From positions 96,001 through 160,000 of IMG/VR virus record IMGVR_UViG_2595698832_000001: 64,000 nucleotides of DNA; one strand, given 5' to 3'. The first letter of the stretch is position 1, and each line of letters opens with the position of its first letter. The position numbers and the translations under genes are program-made. Below, in pieces: positions 1-11,142 of this stretch. The notes below the pieces were generated by a model. It had not been told where the DNA came from. It made no database searches and was given only the letters and a program-made list of their open reading frames with translations. The stretch comes from a virus. Taxonomy: Duplodnaviria > Caudoviricetes.

Positions 1-20
1 GTTTTGAATTAAGAATGTTT

Positions 21-41
21 TAAGATATTTTATAATATAAT
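21..41 (+). promoter_or_regulatory. Early (sigma70-type) promoter motif TAAG-N11-TATAAT
   Basis: TAAG at 21-24 and TATAAT at 36-41. The same spacing recurs at 291-311 and 10782-10802, near 11104, 22325, 22908 and 35218 (+), and at 51892-51912 and near 56480 and 62510 (-), usually ahead of a GGAG RBS. Confidence 0.75.
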
Positions 42-328
42 TACTCAAAGGAGATTGAAATGAAAGTAATTTTTTTATAATTTAATAGCACAAATCAAAG
101 GGCTTAAAATTCATAAAAATGAAAAAGATACTTGGTATTTAAAATGGGATTTACACACCGGGTATTATATTGAAGGTTTAAATACTAAACGTAGATTATA
201 TTGTAGTGGATATTCTGATAGTTTAAACAAATTAAAAGATTTGTATTGAAGCTTTGTATTAGTGTGAATAATAAAACGTTAAGAAACTTTTAAGATATTT
301 TGCAATATAATTACATAAAGGAGATTCA

Positions 329-1844
329 ATGATCAAAAAATTAACCGATAGAGAACATATTCTAAAAAGACCTAGTATGTATATAGGTGCTATAGATTCT
401 ACAAATACAGAAGATTTTATTATAGAATCAGGTAAAATTAAATACACTACTTTGAATTATGTACCCGGTTTAATTAAAATAATCAATGAGATTATCGATA
501 ATTCAGTAGATGCTGCAATTAGATCTAAATTTAAATCTGGCTTAAATATCAGTGTTAAAATATCTAATGATACTGTTAGCATTGAAGATGATGGAACTGG
601 TATACCAGTAATAAAATCAGGTGACCACTATATGCCAGAACTAGCTTGGAATCACGCTAAAGCAGGTTCTAACTTCGATGATGATGCTAATCGTGTAACA
701 ATAGGTACCAACGGAGTTGGAAGTTATTGTACAAATGTTTGGAGTATTAATTTTAAAGGTATTACAGACGATGGTAAAAATAGATATATTTTTAAATCTA
801 AAAACAATGCTGAAACTTATAGTGAAAATATAGAAGCTTCTAAAAAATCAGGAACTTTAGTAGAATTTAAACCAGATTTAGAAAGATTTAATCTTAAAGA
901 AATCGATGAAACTCATAAGAATATAATCTATCAAAGATTATTAAACTTAGCTATTTGTTACCCAGAAATTAATTTTAAATTTAATTCTAAAAAAATAGAT
1001 TTTAAATCTTTTAAGAATTATTTAAATATGTTTAGTCCAGATTTTGAGTTATACGAAAATCAAAATATTAAAATTGGTATTATTCCAAATGAATTGGATG
1101 ACTTTAAACAATTTAGTTTTGTCAATGGTTTAAAAATACCAGACGGTGGTGTCCATATAGATACTATTATGAGCAATGTAGTTCAAGGTATAAGAGATAA
1201 ATTAGTTAAAAAATATAAAAGTATTAAACCTGGCGATATTAAAAATAAATTAATGATTGTTTGTTTTATTAATGAAATGCCAAATCTTAAATTTAATTCG
1301 CAGTCTAAAGAAAAAATTACAAACTCAGTAAAAGAATTTAATGATTTTTCTAATATAGATTATAATTTCATCAATAAAATTCTTAAAAATAAATCTATTA
1401 TAGATCCTATTATAGACATATATAAAGTTAAAGAAGCTTTAAATGCAGATAAAGCTCTTAAGAGTGTAGAAAAATCTAAGAAGTTAAAATCTAGAAAAAT
1501 ATTTTAGAGCAACAAAAAGTCAAAAATATCTTTGTATTTGTGAAGGTTTTTCCGCTTATGGTGGTATATCACAAGTTCTTGGAAATGAACATACGAGCTT
1601 CTATGTTCTTAAAGGTAAACCATTAAATTCCTGGGATGTCACTAATCAAAAATTTGCAGCCAATCGCGAATTATCTGAATTATATCAAATACTTTCTGAG
1701 AACGCAGAATTTGAAGATCTACAAGATGGTAAATTCTATGAAGTCACAATAGATGGTAAAACATATATTATGAATGCAAATGATACAATTGAAATTAATA
1801 ATATTAAATATAATTTCGAAGATCTACAAAAAGGATTGCAATGA
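329..1844 (+). CDS. gp39: Type II topoisomerase large subunit (gp39/GyrB-like); frameshift near 1493
   Basis: HILKRPSMYIG, EIIDNSVD and GTNGVG GHKL motifs. The shifted frame continues EKYFRATKSQKYLCICEGFSAYGG...KGKPLN (N-half of TOPRIM) to TGA at 1844. Confidence 0.9.
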
Positions 1845-2375
1845 GACCAGTTAGAATAGCAATTTCAGGAGCTCAATGTTCTGGTAAAACTACATTAATT
1901 AATTTAATGAAGAAACATAGTTATTTTAAGAATTTTGATTTCATAGAATCATTTTCTAATAAAATAGCTAAAACAAACAAGAAACACTCAGAAAATACAA
2001 ACTTAGCAACGCAGTTACAAATGTTATATTATAGTGTTAATGACTTTAAAAAATATAAATGCACCCACTGTACACGATAGATGTATTTTGGATGTTATAG
2101 TATATACAGGTATTAACAAAGACATCGGTTTAAAATTATTTACAGATTCTTTAATAAAATATTATAAACAGTTCGATTTTATTTTTGTTTTAGATTCTGA
2201 AAATATACCATTAGAATCAAATGGTGTTAGATCAATAGACCCTGAATTTAGATCTAAAATAAACAATATTTTTAAGAAAGTAGACTTAGAAAACGTCGTT
2301 CACTTAGATTCTAAATTAGACCCAGATTCTAGGATATTAAAAATAATCGAAGCTATAAAATCTAAAACTAATTAA
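1841..2375 (+). CDS. P-loop nucleotide kinase (dNMP kinase/AAA_28-like); frameshift near 2050
   Basis: GAQCSGKTT Walker A and HDRCILD motif; two ORFs join across an A-run. Confidence 0.7.
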
Positions 2376-2386
2376 TAGGAGAAATA

Positions 2387-2845
2387 ATGGATTTGAATCT
2401 TTATATACATAAAACAAATGAAGATGCTGTAATACCAGAAATTGCTTATAATGGAACTTCAGCAGCATTTGATATTACTTGCACCGAAACAACTGAAATT
2501 AAACCAGGAGAATCAAAAGTTGTTCCAAATGGATTAAGAATTTCAATTGATGAAAAAGATCCTTTTTATATGACCGTTCATTTAAGAAGTTCTTTAGGTT
2601 TTAAAAAAGATCTAATTCCACATATTGGTATTATTGACGCTGGATATACTGGAGATTTTGGAGTTAAAATTAATAATATTGGTAAAGAAACTATAGTTAT
2701 TGAAAAAGGTTCAAGATATGCGCAAGTTTTAATTCATAGAAAATATAGTTTTAAGTTCGTCGAACTTAATAATTCTGAATTCAAGGATTTTGAAGCTAAG
2801 CAAGAAAGAGGGTCTAAAGGATTTGGATCGAGTGGTAAATCTTAA
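2387..2845 (+). CDS. dut: Trimeric dUTPase
   Basis: AFDI, RSSLG, GIIDAGYTG, AQ and RGSKGFGSSG motifs. Confidence 0.95.
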   Translation: MDLNLYIHKTNEDAVIPEIAYNGTSAAFDITCTETTEIKPGESKVVPNGLRISIDEKDPFYMTVHLRSSLGFKKDLIPHIGIIDAGYTGDFGVKINNIGKETIVIEKGSRYAQVLIHRKYSFKFVELNNSEFKDFEAKQERGSKGFGSSGKS

Positions 2846-2883
2846 AAGATTTGCACATTTTAATAATTCTTAATAAGGATTTA

Positions 2884-3129
2884 AGTATGAATACAATAAA
2901 ATTTTATCATAGACAAAAGGAATATATAGTTCAATCTCAAAATATTAATCAACATACATTTAATAAGAACTATAATAAAGTTCTAGCATTATTAAATGAA
3001 AATGAAATTAAATCTATTAATGAATGTGAATTAATACCAGCGGGTAAAACTGATATTTTAAAATTATCTGCAATGGGTAGTGATGGGTTAATACAAGAGT
3101 TTGAATTAAGATTAGAAAACGTTTATTAA
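2884..3129 (+). CDS. Hypothetical protein
   Basis: Open frame between dut and primase; likely start is the ATG near 2887 after AAGGA. Confidence 0.5.
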   Translation, partial: SMNTIKFYHRQKEYIVQSQNINQHTFNKNYNKVLALLNENEIKSINECELIPAGKTDILKLSAMGSDGLIQEFELRLENVY

Positions 3130-3141
3130 TAGGAGATATAG

Positions 3142-4218
3142 GTGTTAGACTTTGTAGATATTAAGTATTTTAAGTTAGCAGTTCCTGGACCTTATAAAGA
3201 AAGTTCTTTGGATATTGCTGTTAAATGTCCAATTTGCGGAGACTCAAAATATAAAAAATCTGTTAAAAGACTACACCTATATGAAAAACAAGGAGTTACT
3301 TTAGTCCATTGTTTTAATGGTGATTGTGAATTAAATACTCAAATGAGTTTAAGTAATTTCTTAAAGATTTATAAACCAGAATTATTATTGCCGTATAAAT
3401 CAGAGAATTTTAAATTTAAAATTAATTCAATTGATTCTAGTACCAAATCTAACATAGAAAGTAATAATGAAATAGAGACTATGAAGTCTTGTTTTGATTC
3501 TAGTGCTAGCAATACTAGCGATTCTAATGAATCTAGCAATACAAGTATTGAAAACATTACTAGCTCTACTAGCATTGAAAGCGCCAACAATGGGTTCAAA
3601 TATATTAACTTAACTTCAGTGTTAGACACTAATACAAGTAAACAAATAGAGTTTTTAAAATCTCGTGGGTTTAACGATGATACTATTAACTTTTTAGATT
3701 TTTATAATGGTACTAAATCTTTCAATTTAAATGGTGTTTATTATGGAATTAAAGATTATCTCGTAATTCCGTTTTCTAAAAATTCAAATTATTATGGGTT
3801 CTATGCAAGATCTTTGACTGAAAAAAGATTTATTAATTTTACATTGAATCAAAATTATGGAGTTTGGAATCTATTTAATATTGATTTAAATAAACCAGTT
3901 TTTATATTTGAAGCTATTCTCGATGCTTTGTCTTTTAGACAAATATACAGAACTAATCAAATAATAGCTTTAAATACTTCCACAATAGCAAAGAATGTTT
4001 TAGATTTAATAAAGTACCCTTTCTTTTGTTTAGATAACGACAAAGTTGGAATTGAAAAAATGATAAAATATAATTCGATACCAGATAGTCATTTTATATG
4101 TTATCCAAATGATTTAACACAAAAAGATTTTAATGAAATGCTTCAAAATAATATTAAAATAGAACTTGTTTTTAAGAAAGGCTTCGGCGCTTTATTACAT
4201 TTAAAATCTTTATTATGA
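3142..4218 (+). CDS. gp61: DNA primase (gp61-like)
   Basis: CPICGDS...HCFNGDC zinc finger; TOPRIM IFEAILDA and LDNDKVG; KDFNE. Confidence 0.9.
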   Translation: MLDFVDIKYFKLAVPGPYKESSLDIAVKCPICGDSKYKKSVKRLHLYEKQGVTLVHCFNGDCELNTQMSLSNFLKIYKPELLLPYKSENFKFKINSIDSSTKSNIESNNEIETMKSCFDSSASNTSDSNESSNTSIENITSSTSIESANNGFKYINLTSVLDTNTSKQIEFLKSRGFNDDTINFLDFYNGTKSFNLNGVYYGIKDYLVIPFSKNSNYYGFYARSLTEKRFINFTLNQNYGVWNLFNIDLNKPVFIFEAILDALSFRQIYRTNQIIALNTSTIAKNVLDLIKYPFFCLDNDKVGIEKMIKYNSIPDSHFICYPNDLTQKDFNEMLQNNIKIELVFKKGFGALLHLKSLL

Positions 4219-5827
4219 TTTTAATTATAAATAAAAAGGATAATAAAATGGTAAAAAGACAAAAGAGTATCGAAAATATAGTACTTAATTTTCCATCCAA
4301 AAATTGTGTATTAAAGGAAGTTCCATCAAAAGGCGAGAAAAATAATGAGATTTTCTTTGATAATATTTTAAATAAAAATGAAATAGACACACTTTTCAGT
4401 CCAAAAGTTTTAGGGAGTTTTGAATTAATTGGCAACGGTGATTTGAAAACCACTCTTAAAAATAATCCTAATTTATTAATAAAAGGCGACAATTTAATTG
4501 GCTTACATTCTTTAAAAAAGAAATTTGCGAATAAAGTTAAACTTATCTATATTGATCCACCTTATAATACAGGCAATACTAGTTTTAATTATAACGACAA
4601 ATTTAAACACACTACTTGGCTTACTTTTATGAAAAATCGCCTTGAAATTGCTAGGGAATTTTTAAGAGATGATGGTGTAATATTCGTTCAATGTGACGAT
4701 AACGAGCAAGCGTATTTAAAAGTACTTATGGATGATATATTTGGTAGAGAGAATTTTGTTAATTGTATTGTAGTCAAGATGAACGAATCTAAAGGATTAA
4801 AAAATGCTAATTGTCATAAAAAATTACCGAAAAATAAAGAATACATTCTACTTTATAAAAAACAAGATAATAAATCTGTATTAAAACAAATTAGATTAAA
4901 AAAATCACAAAATAAATTATCATCATATATTAAATTTTATAACAAATACATTCCAAATATTGAAAGCGATTATAAAGAATGGGAAATAAAATATTTTGAC
5001 CCAAAATTAAATAAACAAGATTATTTTAAAAACTTGATATATTTAGTAAAACCTGATAATAACATTAATATTAATATGGAAGAAGGGACTTTTGAAAAAA
5101 TAATAAATTCAAAAGGTAGAACACATTATTATTATATGAATAATGGTGTAATTATGAAAGTTTTGTTTTTAAATGAAAATCTTGATTATACTTTAGGTGA
5201 TTTATGGACAGACATATCTACAATTAACATTTGTAAAGAAGGACTGAAAACAACTATTAAAAATAGGACAAAAACCTGAAGTATTATTACAAAGAATTAT
5301 AGAATCAAGTACAAATGAAAACGACATAGTAATGGACTTTTTTTGCAGGAAGTGGCACTACCCTAGCTGTTGCCCATAAAATGAAACGCAAATGGATAGG
5401 CATAGAACAAATGGATTATATAGAAACTATCACAAAAGAAAGACTCAAAAAAGTCATAGAAGGTGAGCAAGGTGGTATCAGCAAAGCAGTAAATTGGCAA
5501 GGTGGTGGAAGTTTTGTTTATGCTGAACTTATGCCACTTAATGCAATTTATAAAGAAAAAATACAAAATTTAAATGATGAAAAAGAATTAGATAACATTT
5601 ACCAAGAGTTAAAAACTAAAGCTTTTTTAGATTATAGAGTAGACATAAATAAAATTTTAAAAGATAAAGAATTTGAAAATTTAGACTTAGAAAGCAAAAA
5701 AGAAATTTTAAAACTTGTTTTAGATTCTAATATGGATTATGTTTTGTATGGTGATATAAAAGATGAAGATTATGGTATATCTGAAGAAATAATAAAACTT
5801 AATAAAATATTTTATGAGGAGTGCTAA
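4215..5827 (+). CDS. Type III Mod-like N6-adenine DNA methyltransferase; frameshifts near 5265 and 5340
   Basis: NLLIKGDNL, IYIDPPYNTG, (K)NGQKPE, DFFAGSGTT, RKWIGIEQ. No res gene adjacent. Confidence 0.85.
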
Positions 5828-6004
5828 ACATTCTTAAGATATAAAATCTGTAAAAATTTGTATCATTTCATAGATTTGGGTCGTATTTAAATTTAATAAT
5901 CCACTATGGTGTAAGTTTATATTAATGTTATAATTTTAAATTAAATTTTAATTTTGTATCAAGCTAAAATATATTATAATTAAGAAAATATTAAAAGGAG
6001 TTCA

Positions 6005-6919
6005 ATGACAGTAGATTTAAAACACGATATTTGGGTAGAAAAATATCGTCCTCAAAAAATTGATGACTTAATTTTACCAAATGTTTATTTAGATAAATTT
6101 AGAAAATATATTGAAAAACCGTCAAACATTTTATTAAGTTCAGTAAACCCAGGAACAGGAAAAACAAGCACAGCACAAGCCATTATAAAAGAAGGTAATT
6201 TTGAATCTTTATATATTAACGCTTCATTAGAATCTGGTATTGATACTATGAGAAGTAAAATATTACAATTTGCTAGTACTGAAAGCTTTGATGGAAAACC
6301 TAAAATTGTTTTAGCAGATGAATTTGACTACTTTGGCCAAAATGGTCAAGCAGCTGCAAGAGCACTTATTGAAGAAGTTGCTGCTAATTGTAGATTCATA
6401 TTAACTTGTAATTATGTTTCTAATATAATGCCTCCTATAGTTAACAGATTTGAAGTATTTGATTTTGATGTTGTTCACGCTTCTAATAAACAAGAACTTG
6501 TTCAAAAAGCTTTTAATTTACTAAAAGAAATCTTAGATAATGAAAAAGTTTCTTATACAAATGAGGATCTTGTTAATATTATTAAGAACTATTATCCAAG
6601 TATAAGAGGTATGATTGCTTGTTTACAAAAATGTAATTTCAATAATAAATTAGTTCTTGACATTCAAAAAGATTCTGATTTTGAAGGTTTAATTAACTTA
6701 ATTAGATCTCGCGATTTCGATAATTTAATGAAAGTAGTTTATGGTTTAACAAACCCAGATGCTTTTTATGAATATGCATTTAAAAAATTAGATATTCAAA
6801 ATAATAATAAACCACAAGCTATCATAATACTAGCTAAATATCAATACCAAAGTGCTTTCTCAAGAGATAGAAACTTAAATTTAGCTGCTTGTATTATGGA
6901 ATTAGCACCATTATTGTAA
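6005..6919 (+). CDS. gp44: Clamp loader large subunit (gp44)
   Basis: WVEKYRP, PGTGKTS, DEFD, CRFILTCN. Confidence 0.92.
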   Translation: MTVDLKHDIWVEKYRPQKIDDLILPNVYLDKFRKYIEKPSNILLSSVNPGTGKTSTAQAIIKEGNFESLYINASLESGIDTMRSKILQFASTESFDGKPKIVLADEFDYFGQNGQAAARALIEEVAANCRFILTCNYVSNIMPPIVNRFEVFDFDVVHASNKQELVQKAFNLLKEILDNEKVSYTNEDLVNIIKNYYPSIRGMIACLQKCNFNNKLVLDIQKDSDFEGLINLIRSRDFDNLMKVVYGLTNPDAFYEYAFKKLDIQNNNKPQAIIILAKYQYQSAFSRDRNLNLAACIMELAPLL

Positions 6920-6928
6920 GGATTATAT

Positions 6929-7987
6929 ATGATTTTATATGATTTAAGTTCTTTGATTCACAGAGCTTTACATACTAGTATTAAGCAAATGAATCCACAT
7001 AAAAAAGACGGTAAATATATTACTGAAGAATTCATAAGTGGGACTATTTTTAGAATTATAGAAGAATTATTAGAAAATTATAGACTTTATAGAGGTAAAT
7101 ATAATACTATGGTTATTTGTATAGATGATCATAGTGTTCCATATTGGAGAAAATCTTTATATCCAGATTATAAAGCTCAAAGAAAAACTCAAAGAGAAGA
7201 ATCTGAAGTTAATTTTAAAGAAGTTTATAAACATATTAATATACTAATTAGAATTCTAAATGATTATACACCATTTAAAGCTATTGGTGTCCCAGGAGCT
7301 GAAGCTGATGATATCATTGGTGTATTAACTAGGAAGTTCTGCAAAGCAGAATCTATTTTAATTCTGAGTCCCGATAAAGACTTTAAACAATTGCATAAAT
7401 TAGGCGATATAAAACAATATTCAGCAATAACTAATAAATGGATCATCAATGATGACCCAGAAGGTTGGGAAAGAATACATTGTTGTTTAGGTGATGCTGC
7501 CGATAATGTACCACGTGTTGTGGATTTTTCTGAATTTACACCTGAGTTTAAAGCTTATTATCAAGGAACTGAATTAGATTTCTATAAGTTAGATGAAAAC
7601 TTAAAACTAGGTATTATTAATAATTTTAATGAAGTTTATCCTGATGTTGAAGTTTATAAAAAACAAAGATTTGGTGAAGCTGCTTTAAATAAAAAGATTA
7701 AAGAGTTTGGTTCTTTAGACGCCTTCTTAGATTCTAACGAAATATATAGACTTAATTATAATCGTAATTATAAGTTAGTTATGGATAGTGAAATACCTAT
7801 TGATATTGAATTAGAAATCTTAAAGAAATATACAGAATCTAGTACAGATTTTAATATGGAAAATCTTAATAAGTATTTTTCATTTTATAATATAACTACT
7901 TGTAGTCAATGGTTTAGTCAATTATGGAATGAAATGAGTAAACCTATAGAAATGACACCTTGGAATGTGGATTTTAGTAAGATCTAA
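6929..7987 (+). CDS. rnh: T4-type RNase H / 5'-3' exonuclease
   Basis: WRKSLYPDYKAQR, EADDIIG, SPDKDFKQL, GDAADNVP. Confidence 0.9.
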   Translation: MILYDLSSLIHRALHTSIKQMNPHKKDGKYITEEFISGTIFRIIEELLENYRLYRGKYNTMVICIDDHSVPYWRKSLYPDYKAQRKTQREESEVNFKEVYKHINILIRILNDYTPFKAIGVPGAEADDIIGVLTRKFCKAESILILSPDKDFKQLHKLGDIKQYSAITNKWIINDDPEGWERIHCCLGDAADNVPRVVDFSEFTPEFKAYYQGTELDFYKLDENLKLGIINNFNEVYPDVEVYKKQRFGEAALNKKIKEFGSLDAFLDSNEIYRLNYNRNYKLVMDSEIPIDIELEILKKYTESSTDFNMENLNKYFSFYNITTCSQWFSQLWNEMSKPIEMTPWNVDFSKI

Positions 7988-8049
7988 AATCCCTTCATAT
8001 CTTAACAAAAACAGGGTTTAAATCAATTTTAAATTAAAGGGGTAATTAT

Positions 8050-8598
8050 ATGACATTCTTGACTGGAGGAAATGGTTATTTAGCCAGTTTATTAAGCAAA
8101 TATACCAAGGATATAGATTATATGGCTATTTTTGGGTGTCCTAGCAGCACCAAAGATATAGATTTAAACCCAAAGAGGTTAGCTTCTACATTAGATACTA
8201 TTGTTGCAGCCAAAGAGTTCGATCGTAAGATTATTTTTGCGAGTTCAATGGGTTCTAATTATCCTGGTTTACCAGGAACTCAAGGATATTATAATCGTTA
8301 TAAAAATGTTGCAGAACATTATATAACAAATATGTATAATGATTATTTGATTTATAAAATTCCAAGAGTTTATGGGCCTAATAAAGTTAAAGGTATTTTT
8401 AAGACTTTAAAAGATGGAACTTATGATGGTTCTTTAGACACTAAAATCGATTATATTAATGAAAAAGATTTTATTACTTGGTTTGTAGAAAACACAGATT
8501 CTAATAATAAAATAATAGAATATAATAAAGATTTTAGAAGTATTAAAGTTAGTGATCTTAAAGATTTAATACTTAATAATGCTTTACATTTGTTATAA
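8050..8598 (+). CDS. Short NAD-dependent epimerase/dehydratase-like protein
   Basis: TGGNGYLA, FASS, YxxxK (YNRYK), RVYGP. Confidence 0.65.
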   Translation: MTFLTGGNGYLASLLSKYTKDIDYMAIFGCPSSTKDIDLNPKRLASTLDTIVAAKEFDRKIIFASSMGSNYPGLPGTQGYYNRYKNVAEHYITNMYNDYLIYKIPRVYGPNKVKGIFKTLKDGTYDGSLDTKIDYINEKDFITWFVENTDSNNKIIEYNKDFRSIKVSDLKDLILNNALHLL

Positions 8599-8642
8599 AT
8601 TATATTATAGATCGGAAATAAATATCCAAAAAAGGCTCAGCA

Positions 8643-9275
8643 GTGAACGTAAGATTACGTATTATTAATAATCAGCAAGTACCAGAATTACCAAGTTTCA
8701 CAGATTCTAAAGAAGATAACTTAACTACAGATGTTAAATTAGATGTCTTAACACACCAAGAAGTAGATAGAAACTTTGCTAATATTATTACGTGGTTAAA
8801 AACTGTTAGTGATAAAATAATTGAGCAATCTACAGTTCTAAAACAATTAGATCCCGAAAATATGGAGAAACTTTTAAAAGCTGCTGAACAAATACAAACA
8901 ATTTCTGATGATATTAAAAGCTTAGAAACTAAATACAACCAAGTTAATAATGATTTAACAAATTATAAAACTTCAAATGATTTAGCTTTATCTAAGAAAT
9001 TAGATTCTATAAAAACTATAAATGGAACTGATATCACAGGTTCAGGAAATGCTGAAATTAATATAACAAGAACTCAATTCACAAATCACTTAACTAATAT
9101 TGGCATTAATGAAATTGGTAGCATAGCTATATTAGATTCAAAAACAACTTTGGTTTTTAATAATTTATATGCAGGATCTGGTTTATCTACAGACACTTAT
9201 GCATATATGCAAGGTACTTGGAAATGTACTGGTAAAATAAGTGACACTAAAGGCTTATTCATCAGAGTATCGTAA
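8643..9275 (+). CDS. Tail fibre-like structural protein
   Basis: LTHQEVDRNF N-terminal motif, coiled coil, GTWKCTG...LFIRVS end; late motif AATAAATA at 8617-8624. Confidence 0.5.
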   Translation: MNVRLRIINNQQVPELPSFTDSKEDNLTTDVKLDVLTHQEVDRNFANIITWLKTVSDKIIEQSTVLKQLDPENMEKLLKAAEQIQTISDDIKSLETKYNQVNNDLTNYKTSNDLALSKKLDSIKTINGTDITGSGNAEINITRTQFTNHLTNIGINEIGSIAILDSKTTLVFNNLYAGSGLSTDTYAYMQGTWKCTGKISDTKGLFIRVS

Positions 9276-9334
9276 TCAAAAACTTAAGCAGATTTTAAGC
9301 ATTTATATAATATAATAACAAATAAGGAGATTTA

Positions 9335-10012
9335 ATGGTATTAGAATATAACCCTATCAAATTAGGTAATAGATCTATTAAAGTTCGTAATTGGAAAGTT
9401 AAAGATAGAGAACTCTATAAAAGTAAATTAAAAAATACTAGTTCCACAGAAGACGAACTTAAAGCAAGATATGAATGTTTTGTTACAAATGTTTTAGAAA
9501 ACCCGACAGCTTTAAATAACGACGAATTAGAATATTTGTTTTTATTGTTAAGAATTATAAATCTTGGTGATGATTTAAATTACAGTTGGTGGTGCAGAAG
9601 TTGTGAAAAAACTACTGATTCTAAAATTAAATTAAGCAAATTATTTACAACAAAATCAGGTAAAATCCAAGATATTGATATTGGTGATATCAAAATTGAA
9701 CTACAAGATGTTCAAAATATCGAACTCTATAATAACAAATTAAGAACTTCAGATTCACCAAGCACAGATGATTTGATTTTCCATATTAAATCAATTAATG
9801 GCGATAACACAAAAGGCTTCCAAGATATTAAGGACTACTTCAATGAGTTAGATATTAATATAATGGATAAGATTTCTGAAGCATTTGAAAAAATGATATT
9901 TAAAATTGAATCTAGGGAACATACAGTAACTTGTTCACGTTGTGGTGCTAGTTCAACTTTTAATTTCGATGTAATACCAGATATTATACCCCCAAAATGG
10001 TTAAAACGTTAA
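9335..10012 (+). CDS. Baseplate hub assembly protein (gp26/gp51-like)
   Basis: EYLFLLLR motif and two CxxC pairs (CRSC, CSRC). Confidence 0.6.
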   Translation: MVLEYNPIKLGNRSIKVRNWKVKDRELYKSKLKNTSSTEDELKARYECFVTNVLENPTALNNDELEYLFLLLRIINLGDDLNYSWWCRSCEKTTDSKIKLSKLFTTKSGKIQDIDIGDIKIELQDVQNIELYNNKLRTSDSPSTDDLIFHIKSINGDNTKGFQDIKDYFNELDINIMDKISEAFEKMIFKIESREHTVTCSRCGASSTFNFDVIPDIIPPKWLKR

Positions 10013-10026
10013 GAAAGGATTAAATT

Positions 10027-10719
10027 ATGAGTATGTATATAACATATATAGATCAAGGTGCTTATAATATGATTGTTTCCGCGCAAAGAGACAATGCTTT
10101 TTTGTTACCGGGGTCTAGCACATTAGAAGTTTTTGACAGTAAATTATTTACAGCAGTTTTGGAAGCATTAGCAGATAAAAAAACTTGTAAATTCTATAAA
10201 GATATTGACGTGTTAACTTTAGAAAACTTGGAAATTGACGAGAGCGCTAACTTAGTTAAGAATTCATATATTTTCCAATTAACTTCTGCAATTAGTCAGA
10301 TTTTTACGAGAATACCACAATATACTTATTTTAGATTCCAATATCTTAATAATATATTTGCTTCACAAGGTTATTTTATAACTGATGATAATCGTGAAGA
10401 GATGTATATTAAAATTCTTGAAACTGATAATGATAAATTAATCGCTAGTCTTGAAGAATATCTTAAGATTGTGAATCAATTAAATCAATATGAAAAAATG
10501 TATCAAGAATTCTTAAATGGTTTAGATGAAATGGAAATGACAGATGATGAAGCAACTTTAGATCAAATCTTACAAGAAGCTTTAAATTATTTTACGAACG
10601 CTCAAAAGAATTTCGTAACTATGGATTATAAAGGATGGTTTTCAACAATTAAAGCAGATTATGAAAATCGCCAAAATTCAGCTCAGCCTTCAAATCAGAC
10701 TACAGACACTCAAAAATAA
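10027..10719 (+). CDS. Hypothetical protein
   Basis: 230-aa ORF with RBS. Confidence 0.7.
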   Translation: MSMYITYIDQGAYNMIVSAQRDNAFLLPGSSTLEVFDSKLFTAVLEALADKKTCKFYKDIDVLTLENLEIDESANLVKNSYIFQLTSAISQIFTRIPQYTYFRFQYLNNIFASQGYFITDDNREEMYIKILETDNDKLIASLEEYLKIVNQLNQYEKMYQEFLNGLDEMEMTDDEATLDQILQEALNYFTNAQKNFVTMDYKGWFSTIKADYENRQNSAQPSNQTTDTQK

Positions 10720-10743
10720 AGATCTAAGATAACTTAGATCTTT
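10718..10743 (+). terminator. Hairpin, probable terminator
   Basis: AAAGATCTAAG-ATAA-CTTAGATCTTT directly after a stop codon. Confidence 0.5.
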
Positions 10744-10821
10744 CTCACTTTAACATTTAAATTTCTAAATTCAAAAAACTTTAAGTTATTTTATTATATA
10801 ATAAAACAAAAGGAGATATAA

Positions 10822-11040
10822 ATGAATAACCAAAATGCAGAAGTTTTAATGAAAGATATTTTAGAAGCTGAAGCTAATATCAGTAAGTTTTTAGATTCTT
10901 GGACTTTAACAGTTTTTGAACACCAGGTATTAGTAAGATTTTTAACTAATGAGTTTATCGGTGCTAACTTTAATGATCCTGAAACTCTAAATCATTTAGG
11001 AAATAGAGCTAGGTTTTATATTGAAGAATTCATTAAATAA
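10822..11040 (+). CDS. Small hypothetical early protein
   Basis: Own TAAG-N11-TATAAT promoter and AAGGAG RBS. Confidence 0.7.
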   Translation: MNNQNAEVLMKDILEAEANISKFLDSWTLTVFEHQVLVRFLTNEFIGANFNDPETLNHLGNRARFYIEEFIK

Positions 11041-11142
11041 TAAGCTATATTTAACACTTTAGTGTTAATTTAAATATAAAACTAAAACAATTTACAAAAA
11101 ACTTTAAGTTGTTATATTATATAATATGAAAAAGGAGATTAA

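Noticed and set aside
4215-5827. Phase-variable methyltransferase
   Set aside because: The breaks look like the genome-wide slips; no poly-G or simple repeat tract.
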